Source of the DNA: Candidatus Omnitrophota bacterium
GTDB taxonomy: Bacteria; Omnitrophota; Gorgyraeia; 2-01-FULL-45-10
Reading direction: 5' to 3'
DNA length: 64,000 bases
Assembly: GCA_030695905.1 (NCBI GenBank)
Contig: JAUYOL010000007.1
Location: 6,604 to 70,603 of the forward strand
Part shown: one piece after another, positions 30,802-41,400 of the stretch
Layout: every line of letters starts with the position of its first letter
Numbering within the stretch: the first letter of the stretch is position 1
Notes under the pieces: model-generated
Told to the model about the DNA's origin: nothing
The model's database searches: none
Seen by the model: only the letters and a program-made list of their open reading frames with translations
Translations under genes and position numbers: made by a program

Positions 30802-32492
30802 AAAAGATCGATATAAGCCGGATATTATCGGTATCATTTTTTACCGCGATCACGCTGCTTGCGAACATTTCTTACGCCGCGGATGTTTCTAAAGAAGCGG
30901 CTATTTATTTTAACAGCGGCAATACCTATGAGAGCGAGGGAGCTTATGACCAGGCGTTGGCAGATTACAACAGGGCCATTGAAATAAAACCGCGTTATGC
31001 CGACGCGTTAATTAATAGGGGAAATATCTATTATAAGAAAGGCGAATATGAAAAAGCCGTATCGGATTATACAAAAGCGCTGGATATAAACGCCGTATTC
31101 AACGAAGCCCTGGCCAACAGGGCGCTTACTTATTCGAAGCTGGGCCAGCATGACCAGGCGCTCTTCGATTACAACAAGGCTATTGACGCCAACGATGATG
31201 ACTCGTTTTTATATGTGGACCGCGGCAAGGTTTATAATGAAAAAGGCATGTTCAAAGAGGCGTTGGCAGATTTTAATAAAGCCGTCAAGCTTAACCCGCG
31301 GTGCGCGGATGCCTACCTTAACAGGGGGCTTGCCGGCGCAAAGATAGGAAAATTTACCGACGCTATAACAGATTATGAAAAGGCGCTGGAGCTTGAACCG
31401 AAGAACACAGAAGCTTATTTAAGGCGGGGGATAGCTTATGCCAATATAGATGAATTTGAAAAATCGATGTCCGACATAAACAAGGCGCTGGAGCTGGATG
31501 GCCAATACGCGGAAGCCTATCTCAACAGGGGCAACCTTTATTTTAATCAGGGACAAAATGACGCCGCGATCCTCGATTATAATAAGGCGATAGAACTGGA
31601 TGGCCAATACGCCGAAAGTTATTTTAACCGCGGCGTTGTATACGCAAGGATGAGAGACTACAAACAGGCAATATATGATTACAGCAAGGCTATAGATTTA
31701 CGGCCGGATTGCGGCGAGATATTCTTTAACCGCGCGAATGTGTATTTTAATCAGGAAGATTTTGATAATGCGATATCGGACTACACGAAGAGCATAGCCA
31801 CCGCAAAGAATGATATGGATTCTTATATAAATCGCGGTATTGCTTATGCCAAAAAAGGCATGACTGAAGAAGCGATGATAGATTTTAAAAAAGCCCTGGA
31901 AATAAATCCGAAGTCCGCGGCGGCGTACTTTAATATGGCGCTTATTTCGGACGGGAAGATACAGTACGAGGAATCTCTGAAGTACTATGGTAAGGCCATA
32001 GAGATAAATCCTAAATATGTGGAGGCCTACTTGAATAGAGGTATAGTCTACTCTAATAGAACACAGCATGAGAAGGCTATCGAGGATTTTAACAAATCTA
32101 TATCTATAGACCCCAAGAACGCCGAAGGTTACTTTAACCGCGGATTGGTTTATGACAATAGGGGCGACCATGACAGGGCGCTATCCGATTATAATAAATT
32201 TATAGAGCTTAATCCGGAACATATGTCAGGATACATAAACCGCGGCATAATATATGTCAAAAAGGGAATGTATGATCAGGCGATACAGGATTTTGACAGG
32301 GTGATAATATACAATCCGGAGTCCGCGAACGCGCACTTTAATAAGGCTCTTGTGTGTGAAAAGATAGGGCGCACAAAAGATGCGGTTGACTCGTATAAAA
32401 ATTTCATAAAATATGCGACGCCAAAATTAAGTGGCTATATAGACGGCGCGAAGGACAGGGTAGAGGAGTTGGAGAAGTTGAAACAGTACTAA
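30798..32492 (+). CDS. Secreted/periplasmic all-TPR protein (~15 repeats)
   Basis: Signal peptide (ISYA-A), then 34-aa AY.NRG...A..DY.KAI.L.P repeats. Confidence 0.92.
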   Translation: MKKIDISRILSVSFFTAITLLANISYAADVSKEAAIYFNSGNTYESEGAYDQALADYNRAIEIKPRYADALINRGNIYYKKGEYEKAVSDYTKALDINAVFNEALANRALTYSKLGQHDQALFDYNKAIDANDDDSFLYVDRGKVYNEKGMFKEALADFNKAVKLNPRCADAYLNRGLAGAKIGKFTDAITDYEKALELEPKNTEAYLRRGIAYANIDEFEKSMSDINKALELDGQYAEAYLNRGNLYFNQGQNDAAILDYNKAIELDGQYAESYFNRGVVYARMRDYKQAIYDYSKAIDLRPDCGEIFFNRANVYFNQEDFDNAISDYTKSIATAKNDMDSYINRGIAYAKKGMTEEAMIDFKKALEINPKSAAAYFNMALISDGKIQYEESLKYYGKAIEINPKYVEAYLNRGIVYSNRTQHEKAIEDFNKSISIDPKNAEGYFNRGLVYDNRGDHDRALSDYNKFIELNPEHMSGYINRGIIYVKKGMYDQAIQDFDRVIIYNPESANAHFNKALVCEKIGRTKDAVDSYKNFIKYATPKLSGYIDGAKDRVEELEKLKQY

Positions 32493-32544
32493 CTGTGTGG
32501 TTATAGGATTGCCTTATTTGTGTTGATAAAAAGTCAAATAATTA

Positions 32545-32573
32545 TTGACTAATATGAAAATATGTGATATAGT
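32545..32573 (+). promoter_or_regulatory. sigma70-type promoter (TTGACT-N17-TATAGT, extended -10)
   Basis: Near-consensus hexamers, then SD GGGAGG before ATG 32603. Confidence 0.6.
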
Positions 32574-32602
32574 CCATTATCAGAAAGAGGGAGGGGTTGT
32601 CT

Positions 32603-35600
32603 ATGGGGAGAATTACCTTTTTTCTCATCGCATTTGTTTTAGCAGCATTTTCTGCTTTCTACGCAGGAGAGGCTTTCGCCGCGAACTTGAGACCTTCTAT
32701 CGGAACAATTACTCCTTCATCCGGCACCTCACCTCATGGAATAGCGGTAAATTTTACCGCCACTTATTCAGATCCCGACGGCTGGCAAAATATGCGGGAA
32801 GTCCGGCTGCTCATTAATGCTTCAGTAAACGGCGCAGATTGTTTTTATGCTTATTACGATGTCGCTACTAATAAATTATATCTGAAGAACAACGCAAATA
32901 CCGCATGGCTGGGTGGATACGATCCCCAATCTTCAAATACAATAGAGAATTCGTACGCGAAACTTAACTGTGCATCCACAACGGTATCCGGAAGCGGTAA
33001 TGCTTTAACAGTAAATTGGTCCGTAACATTTAAGCCTGCTTTCAAAGGCGTGAAGAATAGCTATCTTTATGTAAAGGATATTGCTGGTGCTTATAACGGC
33101 TGGGTCAAGAAAGGGACCTGGACGATTGCCAACAAAGCTCCTTCTGTAGGAGCTGTTACCCCTTCTTCTGGAACATCATATTCCGACCAGGCCATTAACT
33201 TTACCGCTACTTATTCCGATCCCGACGGATGGCAAAATATACAGCTTGTTCGTTTCCTCATCAATACTTCCACAAGCGGAACAAGATGCCTTTATGTGTA
33301 TTACGATCTCGCGAGCAATAAGCTCTACATCAGAAACGATGGAAATACCGCATGGCTGGGTGGATATGCTCCTCAATCTTCAAACATAATAGAAAGCTCC
33401 TATGTGAAACTTAACTGTGCTTCCACAACGGTATCCGGAAGCGATAATATCTTAACAATAAATTGGTCCGTAACATTTAAGCCTACTTTCAAAGGCGTGA
33501 AGAATGTCTATCTTTATGTAAAGGATATTGCTGGTGCTTATAACGGCTGGGTCAAGAAAGGCACGACGATAATCGCTGCGCTGCCATTGCCGCGAATAGC
33601 GACAACCGGCTTAGGTGATGCTATAGCTGGGGAGGATTATTTAGCTAGTTTGAATGCTACGGATGGAACGCCGCCATATGCATGGTCCATAGAAAGCGGC
33701 AACCTACCGAATGGTTTAAGTCTTAGCAGCGCAGGGACTATATCGGGAACTCCCGTACAGGCAGCATCCTTTAACTTTGTTATCAAAGTCACGGATTTAA
33801 ACCAGGCGACAGACACTCAAGCCCTATCTATAAATGTCCTGCCTACATTTCCGCTTATAACGGATGAAGAGCTTCTGGACCAGACAGAGGCAAAAGCCGC
33901 AATGTATTTTTATAACGAGATTTTATCTAACGGATTTGTAAAAGATACCGATTATAAGGACTTTTCGAGTATCGCGGCCACCGGTTTTGGGCTTGCATCT
34001 CTATGCGTTATGGCAGAGCGGTACCAGACTTCACCCAACTGGGTCATAACTCCGGAGCAGGCGAGAGCGCGTGTAAACCAAATATTGGACAATTGTGTAC
34101 GTTATCAGTCATATCAAGCTTTATCAGGGAATGGTTATGGTGTAGCAGGATTTCTATACCATTTCATAAAAGCGGATGGTACCCGCCAGGGCACATGTGA
34201 AGTCTCCACTATTGACATGGCGCTTTTTTTATCAGGCGCTATCGCTGCGGGTGAATATTTTGGCGGCGAAGTAAAGACAAAAGCCGATCAGATCTATAAT
34301 AGTATGAATTGGGCGTATTTTTTAAACACAGCTAAGCGCCAATTTTCGCATGGATGGTTTCCGGATAGCGGTATAATGCCTGCTACCTGGGACAGGCCCA
34401 CAGATGAGGCCATACTTGTTTCGCTCTTAGCTATAAGTGCCAATCTTAACAATTCAGATATGCTCATGACTATGTATAGTTGGCCAAGGGCGGTTGGGGA
34501 GTATGGTGGATATAGCGTTGTGAATTCTTATTTCGGCTCTTTGTTTACATATGTATTTGCCCATTGCTTCTTCGATTTTGAAAAGTTAGGCACGGATAAC
34601 CCCTCTTATGCCGGCTCAACAAATGTACCTGTTAACTGGTGGATGAATTCCGTTAATGCTGCCTATGCCAATAGGCAGTTCTGCATAGACAATGCTATCA
34701 ACTACGATTCCTATGACGAAAATAGCTGGGGCATCACAATCTGTGAATATCCATCCGGTCAATACAGTGATTTTTTGGGTGCCGCCCCATGTGAAAGCAA
34801 CTCCGCTACTCCTTATCATAACGGCACTATAGCACCATACGGCGCTATAAGCTCCATGCCGCTTATGAGAATATCTCCTGATGAAACTCCTGATATGAAT
34901 TCGGCGTTCAAGACGTTAAGGTATTATTACCAGACTTACTATCACCATCTTTGGGGTGAATACGGCCCGAAAGACTCTTTCAACCACAATAGGGAATTTA
35001 GTAACGCGTATTTAGGTATAGACGTAGGGCCGGAAGTCCTGATGATCGAAAATTACCGTTCAGGTCTTATATGGAATAATTTTATGAAGAATGGGAAGAT
35101 CCAAGCGGCAACGGCCAAGGTTTTTACCGGGAACTTGCTCGATCCTACAACTATGTATGTTGATGCATCTAACCTTAGTGATCCAGAGCAGGACGGATCA
35201 GTTATTCATCCATTCAATACAATTCAGAAGGCGATTGACAATAACAATCGAGGTTGCGTTATTGAAATAGCACCTGGAAGATATGTCGAGGGTGTTAAAA
35301 TTATTTCAAAATCTAATATAACCTTAAAAGGTGTTATCGGAGATCGCGACGATCAATTTAATACCACTGTAAATAGCGTTGTCGAATACGAATCAAATCA
35401 TGTGATAGATATAGAAGGCTCTATTAATATAGCGATTGATAGCCTTGTGATTAAACCAACTCATAATTCCTACGACCATACATTTGGAGGGGGAGGGGTA
35501 TACAATTTTGACTCAGATTACACGACAATTATGAATAGCATTATAACTGGCACGAGAGCTGAAAGCGGATATGGGATATCTTGTTACAGGAGCGTAAAAA

Positions 35601-36364
35601 TGTTGATAACTAACAACCTGATCACCAATAACAGCAATAATTATGGCGGAGGTATATATATTTACAATGATTTTACAAACAATGACATCAATGCAAATGA
35701 GCGTGCCGCAGAGATAACCAACAATGATATAATCAATAATGTTGCATGGGGCACAGGGGCCGGTATTTCTGTGACTGGCTATGAAGTAAGCGGTTATGCA
35801 AGAACCAAGATTTTAATCCGTAATAATCGCGTTTACAACAATAGTTCTGATCGCTATGCAGGCGTATATCTGAAATATTCGGAAGGAGAGGTGCAGAATA
35901 ACACAATAGTAGGCAATTGTGCTGATTGGCTATCAGGAGGCGGCGTGTCCTGTCTCTCGTCCATCATCTTGGTCTCTAACAATATAATACACAGGAATAC
36001 CGAATCCCTGCAAGGCGGGGCCGGTATATACATTTATGGCGGTGCAGTTACTGCCGCTAACAATGTGGTAACAGAAAACAATGGAATTGGAATAGGTTGC
36101 GCAGGTAACTTTACCGCGGTGTTAATGTACAACAACCTGTATGGTAATAGCAATGACTATTCTGGCTCTGTTCCTGGAACAGGGTCTATTTCAGCATCAT
36201 CTCTATTTGTTGCTTCAGATACAGACGGAGATCCATCTAATGATGATTACCATTTACAACCAGGCTCGCCGTGTATCAACGCAGGCGACCCTGCTATTGC
36301 ATACAACGACAAAGACGGCACTCGAAATGACATGGGTGTTTACGGTGGGCCTAATAGTATGTGA
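32603..36364 (+). CDS. Secreted multidomain GH144-like (beta-1,2-glucanase/glycoamylase-family) hydrolase: two 149-aa beta repeats, He_PIG Ig, GH144-like domain, beta-helix
   Basis: Signal peptide AFA-A; SSIAATGFGL, GFLYHF, EVSTIDMALF, WGEYGPKDSF, GIDVGP..LMIENYRSGLIW; GTPPYAW..LPNGLSL Ig; N-rich beta-helix ending DYHLQPGSPCINAG. Confidence 0.78.
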   Translation: MGRITFFLIAFVLAAFSAFYAGEAFAANLRPSIGTITPSSGTSPHGIAVNFTATYSDPDGWQNMREVRLLINASVNGADCFYAYYDVATNKLYLKNNANTAWLGGYDPQSSNTIENSYAKLNCASTTVSGSGNALTVNWSVTFKPAFKGVKNSYLYVKDIAGAYNGWVKKGTWTIANKAPSVGAVTPSSGTSYSDQAINFTATYSDPDGWQNIQLVRFLINTSTSGTRCLYVYYDLASNKLYIRNDGNTAWLGGYAPQSSNIIESSYVKLNCASTTVSGSDNILTINWSVTFKPTFKGVKNVYLYVKDIAGAYNGWVKKGTTIIAALPLPRIATTGLGDAIAGEDYLASLNATDGTPPYAWSIESGNLPNGLSLSSAGTISGTPVQAASFNFVIKVTDLNQATDTQALSINVLPTFPLITDEELLDQTEAKAAMYFYNEILSNGFVKDTDYKDFSSIAATGFGLASLCVMAERYQTSPNWVITPEQARARVNQILDNCVRYQSYQALSGNGYGVAGFLYHFIKADGTRQGTCEVSTIDMALFLSGAIAAGEYFGGEVKTKADQIYNSMNWAYFLNTAKRQFSHGWFPDSGIMPATWDRPTDEAILVSLLAISANLNNSDMLMTMYSWPRAVGEYGGYSVVNSYFGSLFTYVFAHCFFDFEKLGTDNPSYAGSTNVPVNWWMNSVNAAYANRQFCIDNAINYDSYDENSWGITICEYPSGQYSDFLGAAPCESNSATPYHNGTIAPYGAISSMPLMRISPDETPDMNSAFKTLRYYYQTYYHHLWGEYGPKDSFNHNREFSNAYLGIDVGPEVLMIENYRSGLIWNNFMKNGKIQAATAKVFTGNLLDPTTMYVDASNLSDPEQDGSVIHPFNTIQKAIDNNNRGCVIEIAPGRYVEGVKIISKSNITLKGVIGDRDDQFNTTVNSVVEYESNHVIDIEGSINIAIDSLVIKPTHNSYDHTFGGGGVYNFDSDYTTIMNSIITGTRAESGYGISCYRSVKMLITNNLITNNSNNYGGGIYIYNDFTNNDINANERAAEITNNDIINNVAWGTGAGISVTGYEVSGYARTKILIRNNRVYNNSSDRYAGVYLKYSEGEVQNNTIVGNCADWLSGGGVSCLSSIILVSNNIIHRNTESLQGGAGIYIYGGAVTAANNVVTENNGIGIGCAGNFTAVLMYNNLYGNSNDYSGSVPGTGSISASSLFVASDTDGDPSNDDYHLQPGSPCINAGDPAIAYNDKDGTRNDMGVYGGPNSM
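32687..33572 (+). repeat. Intragenic tandem duplication, 447-bp period
   Basis: Two 149-aa units; 54-bp identical block at 33061-33114 and 33508-33561. Confidence 0.9.
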
Positions 36365-36380
36365 TAGTCTAACCCTGTAG

Positions 36381-36409
36381 TTTCTAACCTGGTTAGAAGT
36401 GTCAAGTTA
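36381..36409. repeat. Solo REP copy matching the RAYT-flanking repeats
   Basis: TTCTAACCTGGTTAGAA palindrome; 25/29 identical to 60305-60333. Confidence 0.85.
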
Positions 36410-36524
36410 GTAATCTCCGACGGGACAAGAGACAGCATCAGCGCTGATTAAATTCGGACAATTTTAGGGCCATTGTGCTTGTTTTCTCGTGCTGTTAAAT
36501 AACAAAAAAGTTTGTTTTAATTCG

Positions 36525-36552
36525 TTGAATATAGTATGTCATATGGTATTAT
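36525..36552 (+). promoter_or_regulatory. sigma70-type promoter for the fibre-like operon (TTGAAT-N16-TATTAT, extended -10)
   Basis: Consensus-like hexamers in AT-rich intergenic DNA. Confidence 0.45.
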
Positions 36553-36677
36553 TTAAGTAGGTAAAGAAAGTTTAAAATTTTCAAAAAACGGTTTAAGTAA
36601 ATTTATCTTCAGGAAGGGAGGTGAAAAAAATGAAGACAGAAACACTAAAAAGTAAATTCAAAAAGGAGGATATTACA

Positions 36678-37484
36678 ATGAGGAAATTGACTTTAATTTC
36701 AGTGGCTCTTGTTGTAGTGGTGTGCTTTGCCATCACTGCTCAAGCTGCTACAACAGACAAGACTGTGTCTGTAACCGCGAGTGCCAGTATCACTGGTGCT
36801 ACGTCACTGACTAAGGATGCGTCAGCGTTTACGTATGGGACGACTAATGCGGACGCGTTTCCTACAGTTCCGGCCAGTAAGAGAGTTGTGCTCACCTATT
36901 CAAGTAACTATAACCCGTGGAAGATAGACATCTACACCAACAACACGCAGATACCTACCAAGGCTTCTAACCCAACAAATGGTTCTTATGCAAAGGGCGG
37001 TTTGGTAGCCGGTTCTGTTGCGCCGTATAATACGGTTCCGCTAAAGTGGGTTGCGAAGGATCCCGTTTCTGCGGCTCCAGTAGCGTCGGCGATCAATTTT
37101 CAAACCTCATACAACTTTGTTAAGGATATAAGGGATGAAGATGATCCTGCAACGAACGTGGATAATCCGCTCACTCCTGCTATCGATGAAATTTCTAACG
37201 AGTCATGGGACACACCGATAGTGGTAGGGGGTAACACCTACAATGGAGCTTTCACAAATGGATACCCTAACGTGGCGTTTGGTCCTGTAGTAGGTGGCGG
37301 TGGTGTGTGTGTAGATCCGACAAATACAGCTTCAGGCCCGAATCAGTATAGGGGCGATCCTATAAATGGCACTATCGCGGTATATGTCGCCGGTCTGTTT
37401 ACAACAGGCGGGGTGACTCCTGCGGCACCGGCGTCGGCCGGATCTTACAGCGGCACGATCTACTTCGACCTGTATCACCCATAG
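36678..37484 (+). CDS. Secreted pilin/WxL-like small subunit
   Basis: SD AAGGAGG; signal peptide ending AQA-A; WKIDIYTNN and C-terminal AGSYSGTIYFDLYHP strand; alternative in-frame ATG at 36630. Confidence 0.6.
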   Translation: MRKLTLISVALVVVVCFAITAQAATTDKTVSVTASASITGATSLTKDASAFTYGTTNADAFPTVPASKRVVLTYSSNYNPWKIDIYTNNTQIPTKASNPTNGSYAKGGLVAGSVAPYNTVPLKWVAKDPVSAAPVASAINFQTSYNFVKDIRDEDDPATNVDNPLTPAIDEISNESWDTPIVVGGNTYNGAFTNGYPNVAFGPVVGGGGVCVDPTNTASGPNQYRGDPINGTIAVYVAGLFTTGGVTPAAPASAGSYSGTIYFDLYHP

Positions 37485-37525
37485 TAGCCGTATTTTTTGT
37501 TTGCAGTACGATTGTTAACGAGCGA

Positions 37526-37556
37526 GCCCTGTTAGAACCTTTGGTTCTGACGGGGC
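37526..37556 (+). promoter_or_regulatory. Intercistronic 14-bp stem-loop without U-tract
   Basis: GCCCTGTTAGAACC-TTT-GGTTCTGACGGGGC after the small-subunit gene. Confidence 0.6.
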
Positions 37557-37585
37557 AGAACAAAAGTAGATAAGAGAGGATAATA

Positions 37586-38410
37586 GTGCCTGGGATGCGT
37601 ATTACAAGAATATTGGCCATTATGCTGCTTACAATGTCATGTCTGTTCTTAAGCCACAGTTCGTGCTATGCGGCTCTTGTAGTTGATCCGGAAAGCATCG
37701 AGCTTGTGGCTAGTCCCGACACCGCTACGAACGGCGTTTATAATGTTATAAACGAAGGTGGCGAGTCAGTGCACGTGTTGGTACAGCCTGAAGAATGGCC
37801 CAGATCAGCAACGCCAAAGAACGATATATCTGTTGATAAATGGCTGACTGTAACTCCGATGGAATTTGATATAGTCCCGCAGGAACGGAAAAAGGTGCAG
37901 TTCGCGATAAATCCCCCCACTAACCACGGGGGAGAATTATCGGCGATGATATTTTTCGCCACGACCTCTCCCAAAGGCATGATGAACATAACCACCAGGA
38001 ATGGCGTCTCTCTTTACGCGGCCTTCGCCGATACAATGCGCCTGGAATGTTCGATATCAGATGTTCGCATAGATAGGTTTGAGCAGAAGACAAATAGCGG
38101 CATAGTTGACAGGGGTATCGTTTTCACCATAAATGTTGAGAACAATAGCAATGTTCATATCAGGCCTACCGGCTCTATCGTGATAACGGGAGAAGACGGC
38201 AGTAAGCATGATCTGAATATCGAAAGAGGATTTCCGGCTTATGCCGGTGGAAAAGAAAGCTATCAGGTTTTGTGGGATAAAAAGGACATAACGCAGGGAA
38301 AATACGAAGCTATGATAACGCTTGATTATGGAAAGTTATATAAGCTGGACAAAAAAATAGAAAAGAAGATGAGTTTCATCGTTAAAAAAGATGGAACGGT
38401 CTCTTTTTAA
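37586..38410 (+). CDS. Secreted pilus-chaperone-like (PapD / DUF916-type) two-Ig-domain protein
   Basis: Signal peptide CYA-A; LVVDP..IEL, V.NEG, WLTVTP.EF.I.P.ERKKVQF.I.PP, AMIFF, VENNSNVHIRPTG.I.I, GKYEA.ITLDYG. Confidence 0.65.
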   Translation: MPGMRITRILAIMLLTMSCLFLSHSSCYAALVVDPESIELVASPDTATNGVYNVINEGGESVHVLVQPEEWPRSATPKNDISVDKWLTVTPMEFDIVPQERKKVQFAINPPTNHGGELSAMIFFATTSPKGMMNITTRNGVSLYAAFADTMRLECSISDVRIDRFEQKTNSGIVDRGIVFTINVENNSNVHIRPTGSIVITGEDGSKHDLNIERGFPAYAGGKESYQVLWDKKDITQGKYEAMITLDYGKLYKLDKKIEKKMSFIVKKDGTVSF

Positions 38411-38446
38411 ATGTGTGCTACACAGTAGGCTTAAGGGGATGATTAA

Positions 38447-41400
38447 TTGCGTAACCTGAGGATCGCACTTCTGGTAATAGGAACCATAGCCAGCCTTATC
38501 TCATTCAAAGATAAGGGGGTGGTGAACCTTGCGCATGACGCTAAGCCGATAGTTGCCGAAGCATATCACTCGCTTCAAAGTATGTTGCCGCCGCCGGTGG
38601 CCGCAGGTCTTTCAGCCTTATCGCGGCAAGTTATGAAAAGTCAAATCCCATCTTCAAGCAGCATTCCATCTCCGGTAGAGCTTATTGCAAATGATACCCT
38701 TGCGGATGATAATATCCAAGATATTGTAGCAGGTGCACCTGCTGACATTAAGTTGCAAAATACTGCCACCCCCGTGACCGATAACCAACAGCCCGCACCT
38801 GCCCCTGTTGAAACTATAGTTTATGGTATGACAGGTACTGTTCTGCCTGAAGATTCTACCGGCAATACTAATACCAACGCAATAACAGACAACAATAATA
38901 GTATAGAGACCTTGACGGCGCAATCCAGCCCGAGCCCGAGTAATATATTTATAGCAAGCATAACTCCTAATAGTGGCATTGCCGGAACAAGCGTTATAAT
39001 TCAAGGAGCGGGTTTCGACAGTAATTTATCAAACAATGTGGTTAAGTTTGGAAACGTTAGTTCCTCCTCCGCAACTTATGTATCTAAAAATCAGCTTCGA
39101 GCAACAATTCCACAGGGTCTTTCCGCAGGCTTTACAAATTTATCGGTAAGCGTAAACGGCACACCAAGCAATTTATTTCTTTTCGACATACTTAAAAATA
39201 CGAGTGGTAATATATTTGCAGATGACACCCAAAACATATTACCGGCAGGCCTTGCTATAACGGATTTACCCGTTGTAAGGACAGCCGATGTAGACAATGA
39301 TAACGATCTGGATTTATTTATGATTGATACCTTCTTGAGTTCGGTTTATGTTTTAATAAATGACGGTAACGGCAACTTTACTAATGAAACATCTTCCACG
39401 TTGCCCGCGATAGCCGACCCGTCATCTATTACCGATGCGGTCTTCGGGGACACGAATCAAGACGGCCATCAGGATATAGTATTGGCTTATTCAAGCGGCC
39501 AGTCTGTCAGAATCCTTTTAAATAGCGGCTTAGGGAGTTTTAGCGATGTTACTGCATTAAATCTACCAGCAGTTTCCGGGAATGCGGTTAGTCTGGATTT
39601 AGGCGATGCAAATGGTGATGGCGCGCCCGATATAATAATTGCCAACAAAAATACCAGAGATATCCTGCTTATAAACAATTCAGGCGGCGTGTTCTCAAAA
39701 GATGCCGGTTTTAATCTGCCGGGCGTAATAGATGGTAGTTCCGATATCCGATTTTGTGATTTAAATAGCGATGGCGCAGTTGATATTATTACGGCTAACA
39801 ATGAGGTGGTAGACACAAGTAGCCTGAGAAATCGTGTGTATGTAAATAATGGACTGGGTCAATTTACTGATAATACAGAGATAATGCTGCCTGGAGATAA
39901 CGAATATAGCGAAGTTCTTGATTACGGAGATGTCGATGGTGATGGTGATATCGATGTAGTAGTGGCAAACCATGACCAGAACTCAATACTTATAAATGAC
40001 GGCGCGGGCATATTTACGGATGAAACATCTGCGCGCATACCAACTAACTATTTTGTATCCAAAGATACGAAGTTAGGAGATGTTAACGGAGATGGATATC
40101 TTGACATAGTGATGCTGGGCGAAGATAAGATGTCGCTATTGATTAATGACGGACAAGGCTCATTTACGGAAGGCTCCATAAAGCTTCCGGATTATAAAAG
40201 CATACCCGCTCTCTTGGGGGGTAAGGATGTGCAGGTCGCCGATATAAACGGCGACGGCGCCCTGGATATAATAGTCGCCGGCAACTCATTGCGTTTTCTC
40301 ATAAATAGCGCTTCTAACAAAGCGCCTGTCCTGGACAGCATAGGAGACAGAAAGATCGAGTTTGGCAAAAAACTGGAGTTTAATGTAACAGGTTCAGACC
40401 CCAACGACGACGCGCTGATATTTTTAGCCGAAAATCTGCCGGACGGAGCCGCTTTCCTATCGAAAATGTTCAGGTGGGTTCCAGCCGCAAATGATATAGG
40501 CCAGCATAAAAATGTGCGTTTTATAGCAAGAGAAGATACGCCGGCGGCTTTGGAGGCCTTTGAGGATATAACCATTACCGTAGTGGGCTTGCCTCCCATA
40601 ATAGATAGCTATATACCGAAAGAGCTTGACCTGAATTTGGGTATCGGCGAAATAGTACAGTTCGGTATAATTGCGTACGATCCGACCGGCGGCGCGCTTA
40701 CATTCAAGTGGTTCTTGAACAGCGTTCAAGTAAAGTCGGTAAGCGGCTTTAAGTCTTCGCTTATATTCATAGTCCCGAGGATAGGGGAAAATATAATTGA
40801 GGCGAGGGTGGAAAACGGCACCGGCAACGATTCTGTTTATTGGGATGTAAGCGTCGGTGTTACGCAAAATAGGCCTCCTCAAATAATAGGTTATGAACCG
40901 CAGGAATCCGCCATAAACATAGATCCTAACGCCGGAGGAGCTTTTAATTTCGCGGTCACAGCGAGCGATCCCGATGTGGGCGATTCCATTTCATATACAT
41001 GGAAATTCGATGACAATGTTCTGTCCAGCGGAGCTGCTTTAAGTTCAAGCGCATTTGCCGGGTCAGCCAGTGTGGGAAATCATGCGCTGCAGGTTTCAGT
41101 AAGCGATGGGCATAATGCCGCGGTTACGCGTAGCTGGACGATCAATATTACCGTTATCCCGGCATACACCTTGACCATCAATGCGGTCAATGGCTCGGTA
41201 AGCATGAATCCCAACAAGACGACTTATTCCGCCGGTGAAGAGGTTGCGATTACCGCTACGCCGGATACCGGATATACCTTTAACAGCTGGTCAGGCGATG
41301 TATCAGGCACGACGAACCCCGCTATTATCACCATGAACGCCAATAAGACGGTCACCGCGAACTTTACCGTGATACCGCCAGTCGCAATCACAGCCTCGGC

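Noticed and set aside
31483-31625. DNA repeat CTGGATGGCCAATACGC at 102-bp spacing
   Set aside because: Ordinary duplication of one 34-aa TPR unit.
32687-33572. Near-identical repeats as a diversity-generating retroelement TR/VR pair
   Set aside because: Both copies are in frame in one gene, mismatches are not restricted to adenines, and there is no reverse transcriptase in the window.
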